A DNA stretch of 64,000 bases from the human T2T-CHM13v2.0 reference genome, Homo sapiens, in the NCBI RefSeq assembly GCF_009914755.1, contig NC_060944.1; one strand, 5' to 3'. The notes under the pieces are model-generated. The model was not told the DNA's origin, did no database searches, and saw only the letters and a program-made list of their open reading frames with translations. This document shows, one piece after another, positions 13,120-34,211 of the stretch. How positions within the stretch are numbered: position 1 is the first letter of the stretch; each line of letters opens with the position of its first letter. Both the position numbers and the translations under genes were made by a program.

Positions 13120-16100
13120 TGATAGACACTTAAGTTGATTCAATCACTTTGCTATTGTGGATACTGCTGCAATAAACATGAGTGCAGGTGTCTTTTTTAT
13201 ATGATGATAAACTCTTTCTACCTTTTTGATGTAGGTGTTTATTGCTATAATGAACTTCCCTCTTAGCACTGCTTTTGCTGCATCCCATAGGTTTGATTTG
13301 TTGTGTTTTGATTTTTAATTGTTTTAAGAATTTTTTTTATTTCATCCTTGACCGAGTGGTCATTCAGTAGCACGTTGTTTAATTTCTATGTGTTTGTATG
13401 GTTTCAAAAGTTCCTCTTGTTATTGATTTATGGTTTTATTTTGATGTGGTCTGAGAAAATACTTGATATGATTTCATTTTTAAATAATTAGTTGAGACTT
13501 GTTTTGTGTCCTAATGTATAGCGTATTCTGCTGAGTGTTCCATGTGCTTATGAGAAGAACATTTATTCTGTAACTGTTGGATGAAATGTTTTGAAATATC
13601 TGTTAGGTCCATGTGGTCTAATATGCACTTTAAATCCAATGTTTCTTTGCAAATTTTCTATCTAGAGGCTAATTCTGAGAGTGGGATGTTGAAGTTCCTA
13701 ATTATTATTATACCGAAGTCTTTCTCACTATTTAGGTCTAATAGTATTTTCTTTATATACCTGGGTGCTCCAGTGTTGGGTGGAAATATATTTAGAATTG
13801 TTATATTCTCTTGTGGAATTGATCTCTTTATCATTTTATAATGATGACCTTTTTTTTTCTTTTTACTGTTTTGACTTAAAATCTGTTTTATCTAAGTATA
13901 GCTACTCCTGCTTTTGCTTCTTATTGGCATGGAATATATTTTTTCCATTCCTTTCCTTTCAGCCTGTATGTGTCTTTACAGGAAAGATGAGTTACTTATA
14001 GGCAGCATATAGTTGGGTCATGTTTTATTTATTTATTTATTTTTAATTCTTTGAACCTGTCTATATTTTTTAAGTGGAATATTTAATCCATTTACATTCA
14101 AGGTTGCTATTGATATATGAGGCCTTATTCCTGTCATTTTATTAATTGAAGTCATTGTTATTTATATTCTTTGTTTCTTTCATTCTCTCTTATTGTTTAT
14201 CTTTGTGGTTTGGTGGTTTTCTGTAGAGGTAATATTTGAGTCTTTTTATTTGTGTTTGCTTCACCAGTGGTTTTTATATTTTCATATGTTTTCATGAGGG
14301 TAGATTTCATTCTTTTGCTTCTAGATGTAGGACTCCCTTAAGCCTTTATTGGAGGATGGGTCTAGTGATGATGAATTTTCTCAGCATTTACTTATCTGGG
14401 AAATACTTTAGTTCTCTTTCATTTATGAAGGATAAATTTTCTGGGTATAGTATACATGGCTGTCAGTTTTTTTTCTTTCAGCTCTTGTGAATATATCATC
14501 CTAAACTCTTTTGACCTGTAAGCTTTCTGTGGAGAAATCTGCTGTTAGTCTGATGGGGATTCCTTTATAAATGATTAGATACTTTTTTCTTGCTGTTTTT
14601 GGAATTTTCTCTTTGTCTTTGACTTTTGACAGTTTGACTATAATGTGCTGTGGAGAAGTCCCTTTTGAGTTGTATCTGTTTGGGGATCTGTGCACCTCCT
14701 GAATCTGGATGTCTAAATCTCTTGCTAGGGTAGAGAACTTTTTATCTATTATTTCACTAAATAGGTTTTCTGACTCTCTCATTTTCTCTTCATCTTCTGG
14801 AACACCAAAAATGCAAATATTTGGTCACTTTATGGTATCCTATGTCATCTAGGCTTTGCTCATTCTTTGTTTTTCTTTTTTCTTTATTTTTGTCTGACTA
14901 GGTTATTTCATTAGACCTGTCTTCAAGTTCTGAGATTCCGTCTTCTGCTTGATTTAGTTTACTATTGAAGCTTTTGAATATATTTTGTATTTCACTGGTT
15001 GAATTCTTCAGCTCCAGAATTTCTGTTTTATTCTTTTTTATGATATGTTTTTGGTAAATTTCTCATTTATATCCCAAATATCTGGCTTATTTGTATTGTT
15101 TTTCAGAGTTCTTCTGTATCTCACTGAGTTTCTTTAGTATACATATTTTGAATTATTTTTCTGGGATTTTGTAAATTTCTCTTTGGGGTTGATTGCTAGA
15201 GAATTACTACATTCTTTTGGAGGTGGCATATTTCCTTCTTTTTCATGTTTCATGTGTCCTTATGTTGCTCTCTGCACATCTTGTGTAACAGTTGCTTCTT
15301 TCAACTTTTTTGAGTTTGCTTTATAGGGGAGAACTTTTTTTTTTTGAAGATGTATCATGGTATTGGTTGGATAGGGCACTTGGCTTTGATTCTGGGTGTG
15401 TGCAGTAGTACAGCTTCTATGTAATTTCTTTGGCGCTAAACAGCATCAGTGGTGTCTGTGATTTCTTTGGTGGCTTAGGGTGTGATTGTTAATGGAAGCT
15501 GTGGTGAAATTTTGCTGGGGACTGGGATGCCAGGTGGGCCAGTTTTGGGGCCCCAGTGGTGGCAGCAGTGAGCTGAGTGTGCCTGTCCTTGGGCCTTAGG
15601 GTGGTGTATGCTGGCACTGGCAGTGGGTCCAGAAAGGCCTATTCTTGAGCCTCCAGGTGACTTGCTTAGGTGCCAGGAATGGCAGTGTGGGTCAGGCAGG
15701 TAGGCAGGTTCTCGGTCCCCTGGGCGGCTGGCATGGAGTGAGTGATGGCAGTATCAATGGTGGGACAATTGTCTGGGACAAAAGTAGTCTGTGCTGGTGT
15801 TGGCAGTGGCTGTGACAGGCTGGGTGGGCCTGTCTCCAGGGCCTTAGGAGAGTGTGTGGGTGGGTGCCAGCTGTGGTGGTAGCAGCAGGTTGGGTGGGCC
15901 TGACCGCAGGCTCTGGGAGGAGTACCCGGGTGCCAGTGATGGTGGACTTAACTGTTTGATCACCAGGTCCTTAGATGGCACGCTTACTTACTGGAGGATG
16001 AATCTTCAGGTGGGGTTTGACGCATCTGTACTACAGCCCTGCTACTGAGGAGGGCAAGATGCCTTTCAGTGGGAGCAACTGTAAGCAGGCGGCTGGGGCG

Positions 16101-16899
16101 CATGCACTTTGCTCATGCTTTGGCCTTGCAGTAGCCCATAGTGGCAGTGGCTGTGGGCATTTGAATTTGTCCTTGGGGTGTGTGAAAATGCATGACCCTT
16201 CTGCTGCTGGGGTGAGGTTGCTGCCAGTGGCTCCTGCATTGGCCCTGGCAGAGGCTGCTGCAGGCAGCGAATGTAAATGGCACTCCAGGGATGTGGGGAT
16301 GCAGGGGCTGTTGGGACCCAGGGAATGATGCAGTCTGATGGGGGCTGAGTTCTCAAAATGGTGCTGTGCCATGCCTGTTTAGGACTCAGGGTTTGTAGGA
16401 CTCAGTATGAGCTCTCTCTGGAGCAATACTATTGCACAGTCTCCAGGCAGCTCTCTATGTTGGTCTCAGGGCCTGCAGGGGTCAAGTCTTTTCCTGTGTT
16501 TCTCCTATGACTAGGATTGCAGGAGTTCACAGTGGGAACGTGGACTGCTGGGGGATCTCTTACTTATCATTTCCCCACATTAGGGAGCCTCTCCAGGCTC
16601 CCAGCTGATCTCAGTCAAGCAGGCTGACTTGCTTCCCTTTCCTTTCTTGCTTTAGGTGTTTCTGTCACTTCCCTGTTGAATGCCAGTGTTCTTTTTTAGA
16701 GGATCTATTTTAAGTGTGATTAACTACTTGCTATTTGGGTTCTTCTTTGTGGAAGAGAAGAGTACCAGATGCATCTAGTCAGCCATCTTGAACTTGCTAC
16801 CTTCTACTTTCACTGACATTCAAATTATAAATCTTTAGAGAAATAATGGAGATACTTATACTTTTTCTTTCCTAACATTGAAATGTGTTTTGATTAAAG

Positions 16900-17022
16900 A
16901 CAACAATGCCTTATATAGCAGGGATATAGCTTATTTATGTTTGTCTTCTTAGTGCCTGCCACAGAATGGCTACTCAGTAATTTAGTGAATAAAAGAGTAA
17001 ATGCATTGATGGATGAATGAAA
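16900..17022 (+). mobile_element. L2 3' end
   Basis: cttagtgcctgccacag...ctcagtaa...gatgaatgaa tail. Confidence 0.55.
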
Positions 17023-17546
17023 ATCCCTCGGTTATCAGTGTGGAAATTTTTAATCATTAGCTATGTTATCCTGCCTGTTTGGCCTTTTCAGGAACCTATC
17101 TCTACTAGGTAAGTCCTCACTAGGGCATTAGGCTCTAAATTCTAATCTCTAGTGTTACTGTTACCATGATTTTCAGAAAGGAATTAACTTCCTCCCATTT
17201 TAATGAAACATAAAATGCTCTTGCATATGTTTTAATAGAATTAACACAGTATGATTTCTGGTTGAAATAATCTTTTTTCATTTTTGCTTATTAATAAATA
17301 ATGTATCAATAGTGAATGATTTATCATAAGTAAATGGTAAAATACAATTCACACAGATTGTCCCTTGAGGTCTAATATCTTTTGTATAAAAAAAGTTTTT
17401 AAAAATAAATATTTTGTGATGGTCATAGGCTTCTGAAGTTATTAGAAAGGGATATATGGATTATAGGAAATATTTTCATGATAATATGGTAGAATAAAAT
17501 TTTTCTAGTTTTTATGGTGATTCTTTACTTTCCTTTTAGACAATTC

Positions 17547-17584
17547 CGTGTGTGTATGTGTGTGTGTGTGTTGTGTGTGTGTGT
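17547..17584. repeat. (TG)n microsatellite, imperfect
   Basis: Seen directly. Confidence 0.9.
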
Positions 17585-17739
17585 TATACTTGCATCTGTT
17601 TCTTCATCTGTGCCCAAAAAGTGGGTTCTCAAATTTTCAGTTAGCTTTCTATTCTTATCTCTCTGTAGACAGCTTCTCCTTTGGAAAATAGCATCTATTT
17701 TCAGGGATTCAAATATTACTTCTTTCAAGTTAATTCAAT

Positions 17740-18440
17740 AATATTTCTCTTTAGTTTTAATCCACAACTGAGCTCCAATTCTAATATCATCAAATTATGT
17801 AATGTACATTTCCACCTGGAGGTCTCCCAGACAGTCCAGGTTCAGCATGTCTGAAATCAATTTTTTTCACTTTTATCATTCTCCCTAGCTTCAGAGACTT
17901 GGGCTCACCTTCCATCCCACTCTCTGTATCTCCCTCCCTGCAGTTTTTTCTTTTCTTTTCCTGGGAGGTAGCTTTTGTATCATTTCCCTTCTCATTGTTC
18001 CTCTCCCAATTCAGCCATTTATCCTATTGTCCCATAATAGATTTCCTTATAGCTACTTAACTTTTCTTCTAGTCTACTCCCACCTCCCTGAACAAATATA
18101 AACTGGATACAACTGTTTACTTCAGCATATTGCTTTCCTCTAAATAACTTCCCATGCCTTATATTCTCTGTAGTTAATATCTAAACTCATTAGCCTGGAA
18201 TTCAAAATCTGAATTTTGCCCCACTCTGCATTTCTGGTTTTGGTTCCAGTCCTTCAGCTTCTGAAATCTACCTCAGCAGGTCAGCACATGTACTCTTTAA
18301 CATGTCTTGATTTTCTGTTTTTTTTCTCATGTCCCTTTTTTATCTCAGTTTTCTTTTCATGAATCTATCCCATTTCAGGAAGCTAGGTTTTTGTTGTTTT
18401 GGACTCTTCTCAGAATTCCTGTAGCACTTATATAAGCCAT
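17740..18440 (+). mobile_element. L2 internal fragments
   Basis: tccacctggaggtctcccagacagtccaggttcagcatgtctgaaat resembles the L2 consensus; boundaries approximate. Confidence 0.5.
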
Positions 18441-18610
18441 TTATTTAATAGTTAATTGTTGACAGTGTGACATTTTCTATATTTTTGTCCTATGTTATTT
18501 ATTTCAAGTTTTCTCATTTTTTTCACATGATTATATGCTTCTTCACAAACTAACTGTGAAGTCCTAAAATAGTCTTTAAGATCAGAGACTATATATAATA
18601 TCTTTAAATA

Positions 18611-18915
<305 letters not shown>

Positions 18916-19604
18916 TAAAATGTTTTTATAATACTGAAGTAAAACCTCAAAAGACCCATAATTTCTTAATTATAATTAAGCTTTTATTGAGTTATATCTT
19001 TTGTAATACTTTCTATGTATAAAATATTATTTCAAAAAACATTGAAAACTTTACGAAGACTCTCCTGTGTGCCAAGAACAAGTCTTAGGAGCTGCTAACT
19101 CTGTTCATCTCACCCCAGTATAGTACTGTATAAAGCGTAATAATTGGTAACATTAGTTGATAAAGCAAAAAAATTAACTCATCAGTCAAAAGAAATATCC
19201 AATTAAAGTTGAGTGGGCCCTATTTGTACATGTTTTAGTGACTGTACTCATAGTAATCTATAAAAATAATTCCAGGAGTCTCCTTCAGAGAGGACATTAA
19301 TCTATTAAGATATTAAGCTTATACAATAGATGATTCATAATCTCTAAATATGAAAATAATGTAAACATTTTCAAAAAGGAGTAAAATGACATAGAGGAAG
19401 TTATACTTGTAAAATTATGAGTGAGTAAGTGACCTACAAACACATAAATATTTTAGCATTAAATGACTGAATTAATGAATGAATTAGAGAATAAATGAAC
19501 CACCATAGAGATATTATTGTCAATTCAAAGATACCTTCTAAGTTGTTGCAGCATTGGAAGGAGAAATCTAGAAAGAGAAAATAATGGATGTCTTTTAAAA
19601 AATC

Positions 19605-19966
19605 AAGACTTTTTTTTAGAGCAGTTTTAAGTTTGCTTAAACACTTCTGCTTAATTTTTAAAGAAAAATGGAGCAGAAAACCCAGTTTTCATATTTCCCC
19701 TTACATACCCCTACACAGAGGTTTCCATGTTATTAGCACCTTGCATTATTGTAGTACATTTGTTACAATATTGAACCAATATTGATGCATTATTATTATT
19801 AACTAAAGTCCACAGTTTACATTAGGGCTCCTTCCTTGTGTTGTACAGTTCTATGGGCTTTGCCAAATACATAATGTTATGTATCCACTACAGTATTATA
19901 CAGGATAGTTTCACTGCCCTAAAAAACTCCTTTGCTTCACCTACTTATCTTTCCCCCTTGCCTTTT
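19605..19966 (-). mobile_element. Old L1M (L1MD/MC-type) 3'UTR fragment
   Basis: ttagagcagttttaag...aactaaagtccacagtttacattagg...gtttcactgccctaaaaa. Confidence 0.75.
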
Positions 19967-20438
19967 ACCAGGTGGATTCACAGCTGAATTCTATCAAACA
20001 TTCAAAGAAGAATTGATACCAATCCTATTGACACTATTCCACAAGATAGAGAAAGAGGGAATCCTCCCTAAATCATTCTGTAAAGCCAGTGTCTCCCTAA
20101 TACAAAACCAGGAAAGGACATAACAAAAAAAGGAAAACTATGGCCCAATGTCCCTGATGAACATAGATGGAAAAATCCTCAATGAAATACTAGCTAACCA
20201 ACTTCAACAGCATATCAGAAAGATAATCCACCATGATTAAGTGGGTTTCATACCAGGGATGCAGGGATGGTTTAACATACACAAGTCAATAAATGTGATA
20301 CACCGCATAAACAGGATTAAGAACAAAAATCCCTTGATCATCTCAATAGAAGCAGAAAAAGCACTTGACAAAATCCAGTATCCCTTTATGACAAAAACCT
20401 CAGCAAAATTGGCATAGAAGAGACATACATACCTTAAC
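19967..20438 (+). mobile_element. L1PB ORF2 (RT region) fragment; inverted copy of 21732-22197
   Basis: Encodes [19 protein letters not shown]; reverse complement closely matches 21732-22197. Confidence 0.9.
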
Positions 20439-20495
20439 TGGAACATGACAGGGGAAACAAAAGCTCTGGTTTTCATTGAGTATTTAAATAATTAA

Positions 20496-20886
<391 letters not shown>

Positions 20887-21073
20887 TAACACTATATTGC
20901 TTTATAAGTAGTGCAGGTATTCCCAATTCCTGCCTCCCATCCTTTATAATATTTTTGTTATTCATTTTACTTATCCATAAGCTATAGTCATTGAATACAT
21001 TGTTCCTATTATTATTTTGAATACATTGTTGTCTGTAACATTCATCTTTTCTTTATATAATCCAAGTTTCTAA

Positions 21074-21419
<346 letters not shown>

Positions 21420-21446
21420 AACACTTCTTTCAAGATAAATTTCCTC

Positions 21447-26450
<5,004 letters not shown>

Positions 26451-26597
26451 CATCTTAGCCTACGTTTTCTTCTACTGCTCTTGTTTATGTTTCCCCTCTT
26501 GTCTTTGGGTTTCCCTAAAGACTCCTTCTTAAATAGGACCTATGACTTGCAGTTCTTTCAGCTGTAATCCACTGTTATTATTCAGGAACCTAATTGC

Positions 26598-26719
26598 TGT
26601 GCTAATGAAGTGTGGAGGGAGGGAAAGTGTTCTGTGTTCCTATGATTAGGTTTTATTTTGTGCTAATGAAGTGTGGAGGGAGGGAAAGTGTTCTGTGATC
26701 CTATGATTAGGTTTTATTT
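26598..26719. repeat. 61-bp tandem duplication, 1 mismatch
   Basis: Units 26598-26658 and 26659-26719. Confidence 0.95.
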
Positions 26720-28088
26720 TGTATATGAGTCGGTTTCCCCAGTCTGTAACCTTCACAAGTGCTTCTACTCCATTGCCCCTCATGTGAGACAGGAAGTCTA
26801 GAGGTGTTTGAAGTTAGGCATTCCTCTTCACCAGTGTCAAAGACACAGGGTGCTAGAGTTGGATATTTTCCTGCCCCCAAGTGAGTTAGGCTCTCATAAA
26901 TCACAGATGAGATAATCTCTGGCAAAGTAATTTCTTTTTAATTTGATTTTTATTATTAATATCTGCTGGGAAATCGATCACAACTTGTTCAAATTGTTCC
27001 TAAAATCAGAGCAAGCAGATATTGGGTGACAGCTTCAAAAACTGTCTTCTGAATTATGAATGTAAACTTAATAACATAAACTTTGAGACATTTATTAATT
27101 ATCTTTCAGGGTTTTGGCATTTGGTGGATGAGATTGCCAACCTAATGTCTTATAGGCAAATGAGGTTTAATCTTGTTGTCCTAATTTTTCATGCATTACT
27201 TATTAAAATTAAGCTCCAAACAAATATAAATATAGTTCAGCATTAGTAGGGAATCCAGCGATATGTCTCCTGTAAATGTTACTAACGGTTGTTAGCTGTA
27301 TTTGTAAGTTTACATTGATCTTGGACTTCCCAATGCCATTACCTAAAATGTAGAATCCAGAATGAATCTAACTTGAACCTATTTTTCTTCCTGGTTTATT
27401 AGAGATGTTTATCTGAGAGATTACTATGAATCATAGGATTGTGAGATTGCCTGTGGTGACAGAAGGCATTTTTCCAAATGTAGAGCTTCTGCAAGTCTTC
27501 AAAATAATTAAAATTCATAAAACACATGTAACAGATGGCATAAGTGTTTGAACTAAATGTGTGTGACTTTTTACTACTTAGTTTTACATAATAATGTGTT
27601 TGTGCAGTTAAGGTGGTGACCTCTCATGATAACTTCTACAGATACATAAAGTGAAATGTGCTCTCTGGAGTTGCTAAAATGTGACAATTTTAGAATAGAT
27701 ATGAAAGTACTTTTCTAATGATTTTTCTATAAGTTCACCATTGTAATATCAAATTACAAACTCCTGTCATTTGGAGTTTCTTTTCTTTGATATTTAGTCC
27801 TTTCCTTCACCAAAATGGCTTGAGAGAATTAACTGGCAGTTAGTGCTGTGTTCTATAGCATTCAGTTTTTCCTGTTAAACCTTAAAAGCCATGTGTATTT
27901 GAAACTTTTAATTATGTTTTAAATATCTCTTTGAATATAAGAAGAAATGTTATGCTCTTCATTTTTATCTTGGTTTTGAGGAGCTAAAATCAGTTCTTAT
28001 CCATCAACTATCCCCTTTACCTCAAAATAATACAACCATAATTCTGACTTGATTATCTGTGGGTAATGGTAGATTTGTGTTAACTCAT

Positions 28089-28157
28089 CTGTTTCGATTA
28101 TATATTGCTGTGTGAGAAACCATTCCCAAATTTAGGAGCTTAAATCAATAACCATTC
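28089..28157. mobile_element. MLT1 (MaLR) LTR, first part; continues at ~29983
   Basis: tattgctgtgtgagaaaccattcccaaatttaggagcttaaatcaataaccatt is a typical MLT1 terminus. Confidence 0.6.
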
Positions 28158-28169
28158 CTGTTGAAACAA

Positions 28170-29950
<1,781 letters not shown>

Positions 29951-29982
29951 GTCAGCTTTTTTTTTTTTTTTTTTTTTTTGAC

Positions 29983-30335
29983 CGTAGTGAGGAGTCATCT
30001 AGAGGTTTGACTTGGATGTAGAGAAGGTTTGGTCTCTCTTCCTTGTCATGTAGTCTCACGGCCTTTTCAGTAACTTCCCCCTTTATCTCTGCAGCAAGAT
30101 ATCCTGTACTTCTTACACGATGGTTCCAAACTCCAAGAGTATAAGAGCAAAAGCTACCAAGCATTCCTAATGTCTAGGCTCAGAAATCCCAGAACATCAT
30201 TTCCTCCATATTCTATTGTCAAAGCAGTCATAGGCTAGCAAAAAACCAAAGGTGTGGAGGATGACTTTTACCTCTGGGTGAGAGAATGGTTTGTGCATAC
30301 AGGAGGGAAGGAATTGATAGTGACTATCTTTGGAG
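29983..30335. mobile_element. MLT1 (MaLR) LTR, second part
   Basis: ctaggctcagaaatcccagaacatcatttcctccatattctattg, typical of MLT1. Confidence 0.7.
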
Positions 30336-30749
30336 TTTAGAGATCATTGACTGATATCAGACTATGTCTCATGATGTAGCCTGACTGTAGAAGAGGGAAG
30401 AGCCAAATGACTCACAAAGGAGCATAGTCTCTTGTGGGATGTCATATTTACTTTTTTGAAAATAACTGAGCAGTCATTAGATTATCAACTGAAATCTTTC
30501 TGATTGTAAGAAGATATGTTACTATTTCTGAGATTTTCTTTGTAACTGAAAGTAGATAGCTAGTATTGCAACTACATAGTGTAACATAATAAATCTTTTT
30601 ACATGGTAGGTCATCATAATGTTGATTATTCTTGTGCCCTTGCTAAGTTTTCTATTTTTAATCTTCATACTTTTCAACTATTCTTCATTTTCATTGTTAG
30701 CAGATAAATGTACTATTCTGTCTATCTACTGTGGCCATTCTCCAATTTG

Positions 30750-31100
30750 CCATTGATTGATTCACTCATTTATTTACTTAACAAACAAATATTTGTTTGA
30801 TTACATTAGAAACACAAAGATGAGTAAGAAATCATTTTTGCATCAAGATTAGTCTAACAAAGGGGAAAGACTAATTAAAACACAATAGACATATGACACA
30901 AATATGTTGGAAATAGGCTTGTTTGGGGACGTTTTACCAAAGATATGATATTTGTGCCAGAATTTGAAGGATTTATTGTTCTTCAAGTGGTGGAAGTACA
31001 GTAGAGCATTTTAAAAAGACTCAGTAGCCCAGGCCTTGGCTCAAAGGTCTGAGAGTATGTCTGACAAGATGGGATGCTCAGACTAGATAGTGTGTCTAGA
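30750..31100 (-). mobile_element. L2 fragment
   Basis: ttcactcatttatttacttaacaaacaaatatttg is an antisense L2 tail, followed by degenerate body. Confidence 0.5.
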
Positions 31101-31124
31101 ATATTAGTGTAAAATTAGAAATTG

Positions 31125-31363
31125 TTTTACATTTTAAAAAATTGTAGTAAATATAAATAAGATATAATTTTCCATTTTAGCCATTTTAAAGTGTATAATT
31201 CAGTGAAATTAACTCCATTTACATTGTTGCATAACCATCACCACTTTCCATCTCCAGAACTTACCATCCCAAACCAAAACGCTGTACCCATTAAACAATA
31301 ACTTTCTATTACCCCTTCCTCAACCTCTGGCAACCACCATTCTGCTTTCTATCTCTATGGATC
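31125..31363 (-). mobile_element. L1MB 3'UTR fragment with TSD
   Basis: L1MB 3' text; TSD aaattagaaattg at 31112-31124 and 31364-31376. Confidence 0.85.
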
Positions 31364-32298
31364 AAATTAGAAATTGAAAATTTCTGTTCTCTAGACTGTT
31401 ATTGGGTATTACACAGTAGGTAAGTAGCAGTCCTAGCGAGGGAGAAAAAAAAAAGGATGGAGAGTTTGTTGCTTATTATAGCTGAATTTCTACTGCTTGG
31501 ATGGAAACATATGACCCCCACAGGTTTAATGCAGAGAGTGTGTTTTAGAAGATAAACTTCTAGTTCATTATGTAAATATTTTTTGATACATTCCAGGTTA
31601 ATTCTTGCTTGATATTCTATGGTGAGTGCATTGAGATATTACTCCCAAACTGGCCACTTGGTTAAACTAGAATAGTATATTATTTAGTGGTATAATAAAG
31701 AGTATAATTGCTGAGATTTTCATCTGTTTTTATTCTTTTGTTGCAGTTTTCTTTTTTAAAAACTTATACGAATTTTTTAAATTGCCTGAGGTGTTGTTCA
31801 GGCAGTTAGATTATCTTTCTTTTCAGTCTAAGAGTAATTATGAAGCAATAAAACTGCCAGAGAAAAGTAAAAGTTGAAGTAATTAATATTTTATTATTTT
31901 CTTTTATCTTATTTTTCTGTTTATGTTAGTTTGAAATCATTGATTTATATATGAGTGTAGTGATCAGTAGTAGAATAAAAGTGCCACTTTGTTTAATTCT
32001 TACAATATCTTAAAAGAATGTTAATAGTAAATTGCTCAAATATTAGACATTGTGCAAAGAAATTACAATACAAATCAAGTGTCTTGTGTTTCATATTTTA
32101 AAGTTATTTTTTATAAATATGTATTATAAAGTAGACTAGTAATTTAGTAAGGATATATGTGTTAATCATACTTTGACTTGGAAGAAACATGTATTCACTA
32201 TCTGAAAATTTATACAGAAAGATTGCTTATCTTTCTATTTCTTTTCTGTAGTTTCAGTTAATTAATTTTGTTAGTAAGGTTGTTATTCTGTCATTACA

Positions 32299-32597
32299 TT
32301 TTTTTTTTTTTTTTAGACAGGGTCTCTCTCTCTGTTGCCCAGGCTGGAGTGCAGTGGTGGTGATCTTGGCTCAATGCAGCCCTGACTTCCTGGGCTCAAG
32401 TGATCCATCCACCTCAGCCTCCCAAATAGATGAGACTACAGGTGCACGCCACCACACCTGGCTAATTTTTTATTTTTTGTTGAAATGGGATCTCATTATG
32501 TTGCCCAGGCTGGTCTCAAACTCCTGGGCTCAAGCATTCCTTCCGCCTTGGCCTCCCAAAGCACTGTAATTATAGGTGTGAGCCACTGTGCCTGGCC
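32299..32597 (-). mobile_element. AluJ
   Basis: J diagnostics (tgggctcaagtgatcc, ctcctgggctcaagc); TSD tctgtcatt. Confidence 0.93.
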
Positions 32598-32694
32598 CTC
32601 TGTCATTTCTTGACTATATTATCCTCACAATAGAGTGACGAAAATGATGGGGAACCATCATTTTGCTAAGCACTGATTATTTTTTTTGCTTCAG

Positions 32695-33905
32695 ATTTAA
32701 AAAAATCAAGATACAGTTCACGTACCATAAAACTTACCTCTTTAAAGTATATATTTTGCTGGCTTTTAGTGTATTTATAAATTTGTGAAGCCATCACCAC
32801 TATCTAATTCCAGATCTTTTTTTTTTTCCCCAGAAGGAAATCCTCCACCCCTCAACTTTGTCACATCCCATTTCCCCTCCTCCAGCTCGTAGCAGTCACT
32901 AATTTACTTTTCATCTCTATAAATTGGCCTCTTCTGGACATTTCAGATAAATATAATGGAAATATATAATCTGTGACCTTTCGTGTCTGGCTTCTTTTAC
33001 CTAGCATAATGCTTTGAAGAGTCATCAACATTGTAGCATGCATCAGTACTTCATTCTTTTTGATGGCCAAATACTATTCTATTATATGGCTATACCAAAA
33101 TTTGTTTATACATTCATCAGTTGATAGAAATTTGAGTTGTTTCTATTTTCTGGCTATTGTGAATAATTCTTCTGTGAATATTTGTTTGCAAGATTTTGTG
33201 TGGATATCTTTTCAGTTCTCTTGGTTAGATACCCAGGAGTGGAATTGCTGTCATGTGCTAACTCTATGTTTAACCTTTTGAAGAACTACCAAACTTTTTC
33301 CCACAGAGGCTACACCATTTTACATTCCTACCAGCCATGTATGAGGGTTCCAATTTCTTTTCATTCCTGCTAACACTTATAATTTTCCATTAAAGGAAAA
33401 ACCTATAGCCATCCTAGTGAAGTAGTATTACACTGTGTATTTTATTTTTATTTTCCAAATGACTAAGGATGAAGAGCATCTTTTCATGTGCTTACTGATC
33501 AGTTGTCTTTGGAGAAATGTCTATTCAAATTCTTTACCCATTTTTTGTTGATTTATTTAGTCTTTTTTATTATTGAGTTGTTAGGTTTTTTCATATTATA
33601 ATACTAGACCTTTATCAGGTATATGATTTGTAAATATTTTTTTCCATCCTTTGGGTTGTCTTTTCACTTTCTTGATAGTGTCCTTTGAAGCACAGAACTT
33701 ATTAGTTTTGATGAAGTCCAATTTATCTATTTTTAAGTGTGGTTGCCTGTACCTTTGTTGTATATAAGAAACTATTGCCTAATGCAGGGTTATGAATATT
33801 TACCCTTATGTTTTCTTCTTAGAGTTATATAGCATATAAATGTAGTGTTTTAGCTCTTATATTTAGGTCTTTGGTCTGTCTTGAGTTAAATTTTATATGT
33901 GATGA
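32695..33905 (-). mobile_element. L1MB 3' fragment
   Basis: L1MB 3'UTR and ORF2 C-terminus in antisense; ORF 32861-33070 is L1-like. Confidence 0.85.
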
Positions 33906-34019
33906 AGGTCCACAAATGTTAGTTTTTAAAAATACTCTTAAGTGTGAGATGAAAAAGCACTTACAGTTTGGGAGCTTTTTTTCTCCCGGGTCACTTTCTC
34001 CTGTTTCTTTAGCTTCAAT

Positions 34020-34193
34020 AGAAAGACTCTGGACTCAGTGCTTGCACTGCCTTTTGCCTGGACTGCTCTTTTCCAGGCCTTTTGCTTGACTGGCTCCTTC
34101 TCATCATTCACACTGCAGAGTGTTCTTCTCTAACTTTTCTAGCTAGATCAGCTAACCCTTTCATACCCCACTGAGTTTAATTCTTCACAACTA
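34020..34193 (+). mobile_element. L2 fragment (5' part, split by L1PA)
   Basis: gcctggactgctcttttccagg...tggctccttctcatcattc. Confidence 0.65.
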
Positions 34194-34211
34194 AATATAT
34201 CTAGTTAATTT

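Noticed and set aside
29957-29979. Orphan T23 tract as a poly(A) insertion
   Set aside because: No target-site duplication visible; simple slippage is sufficient.
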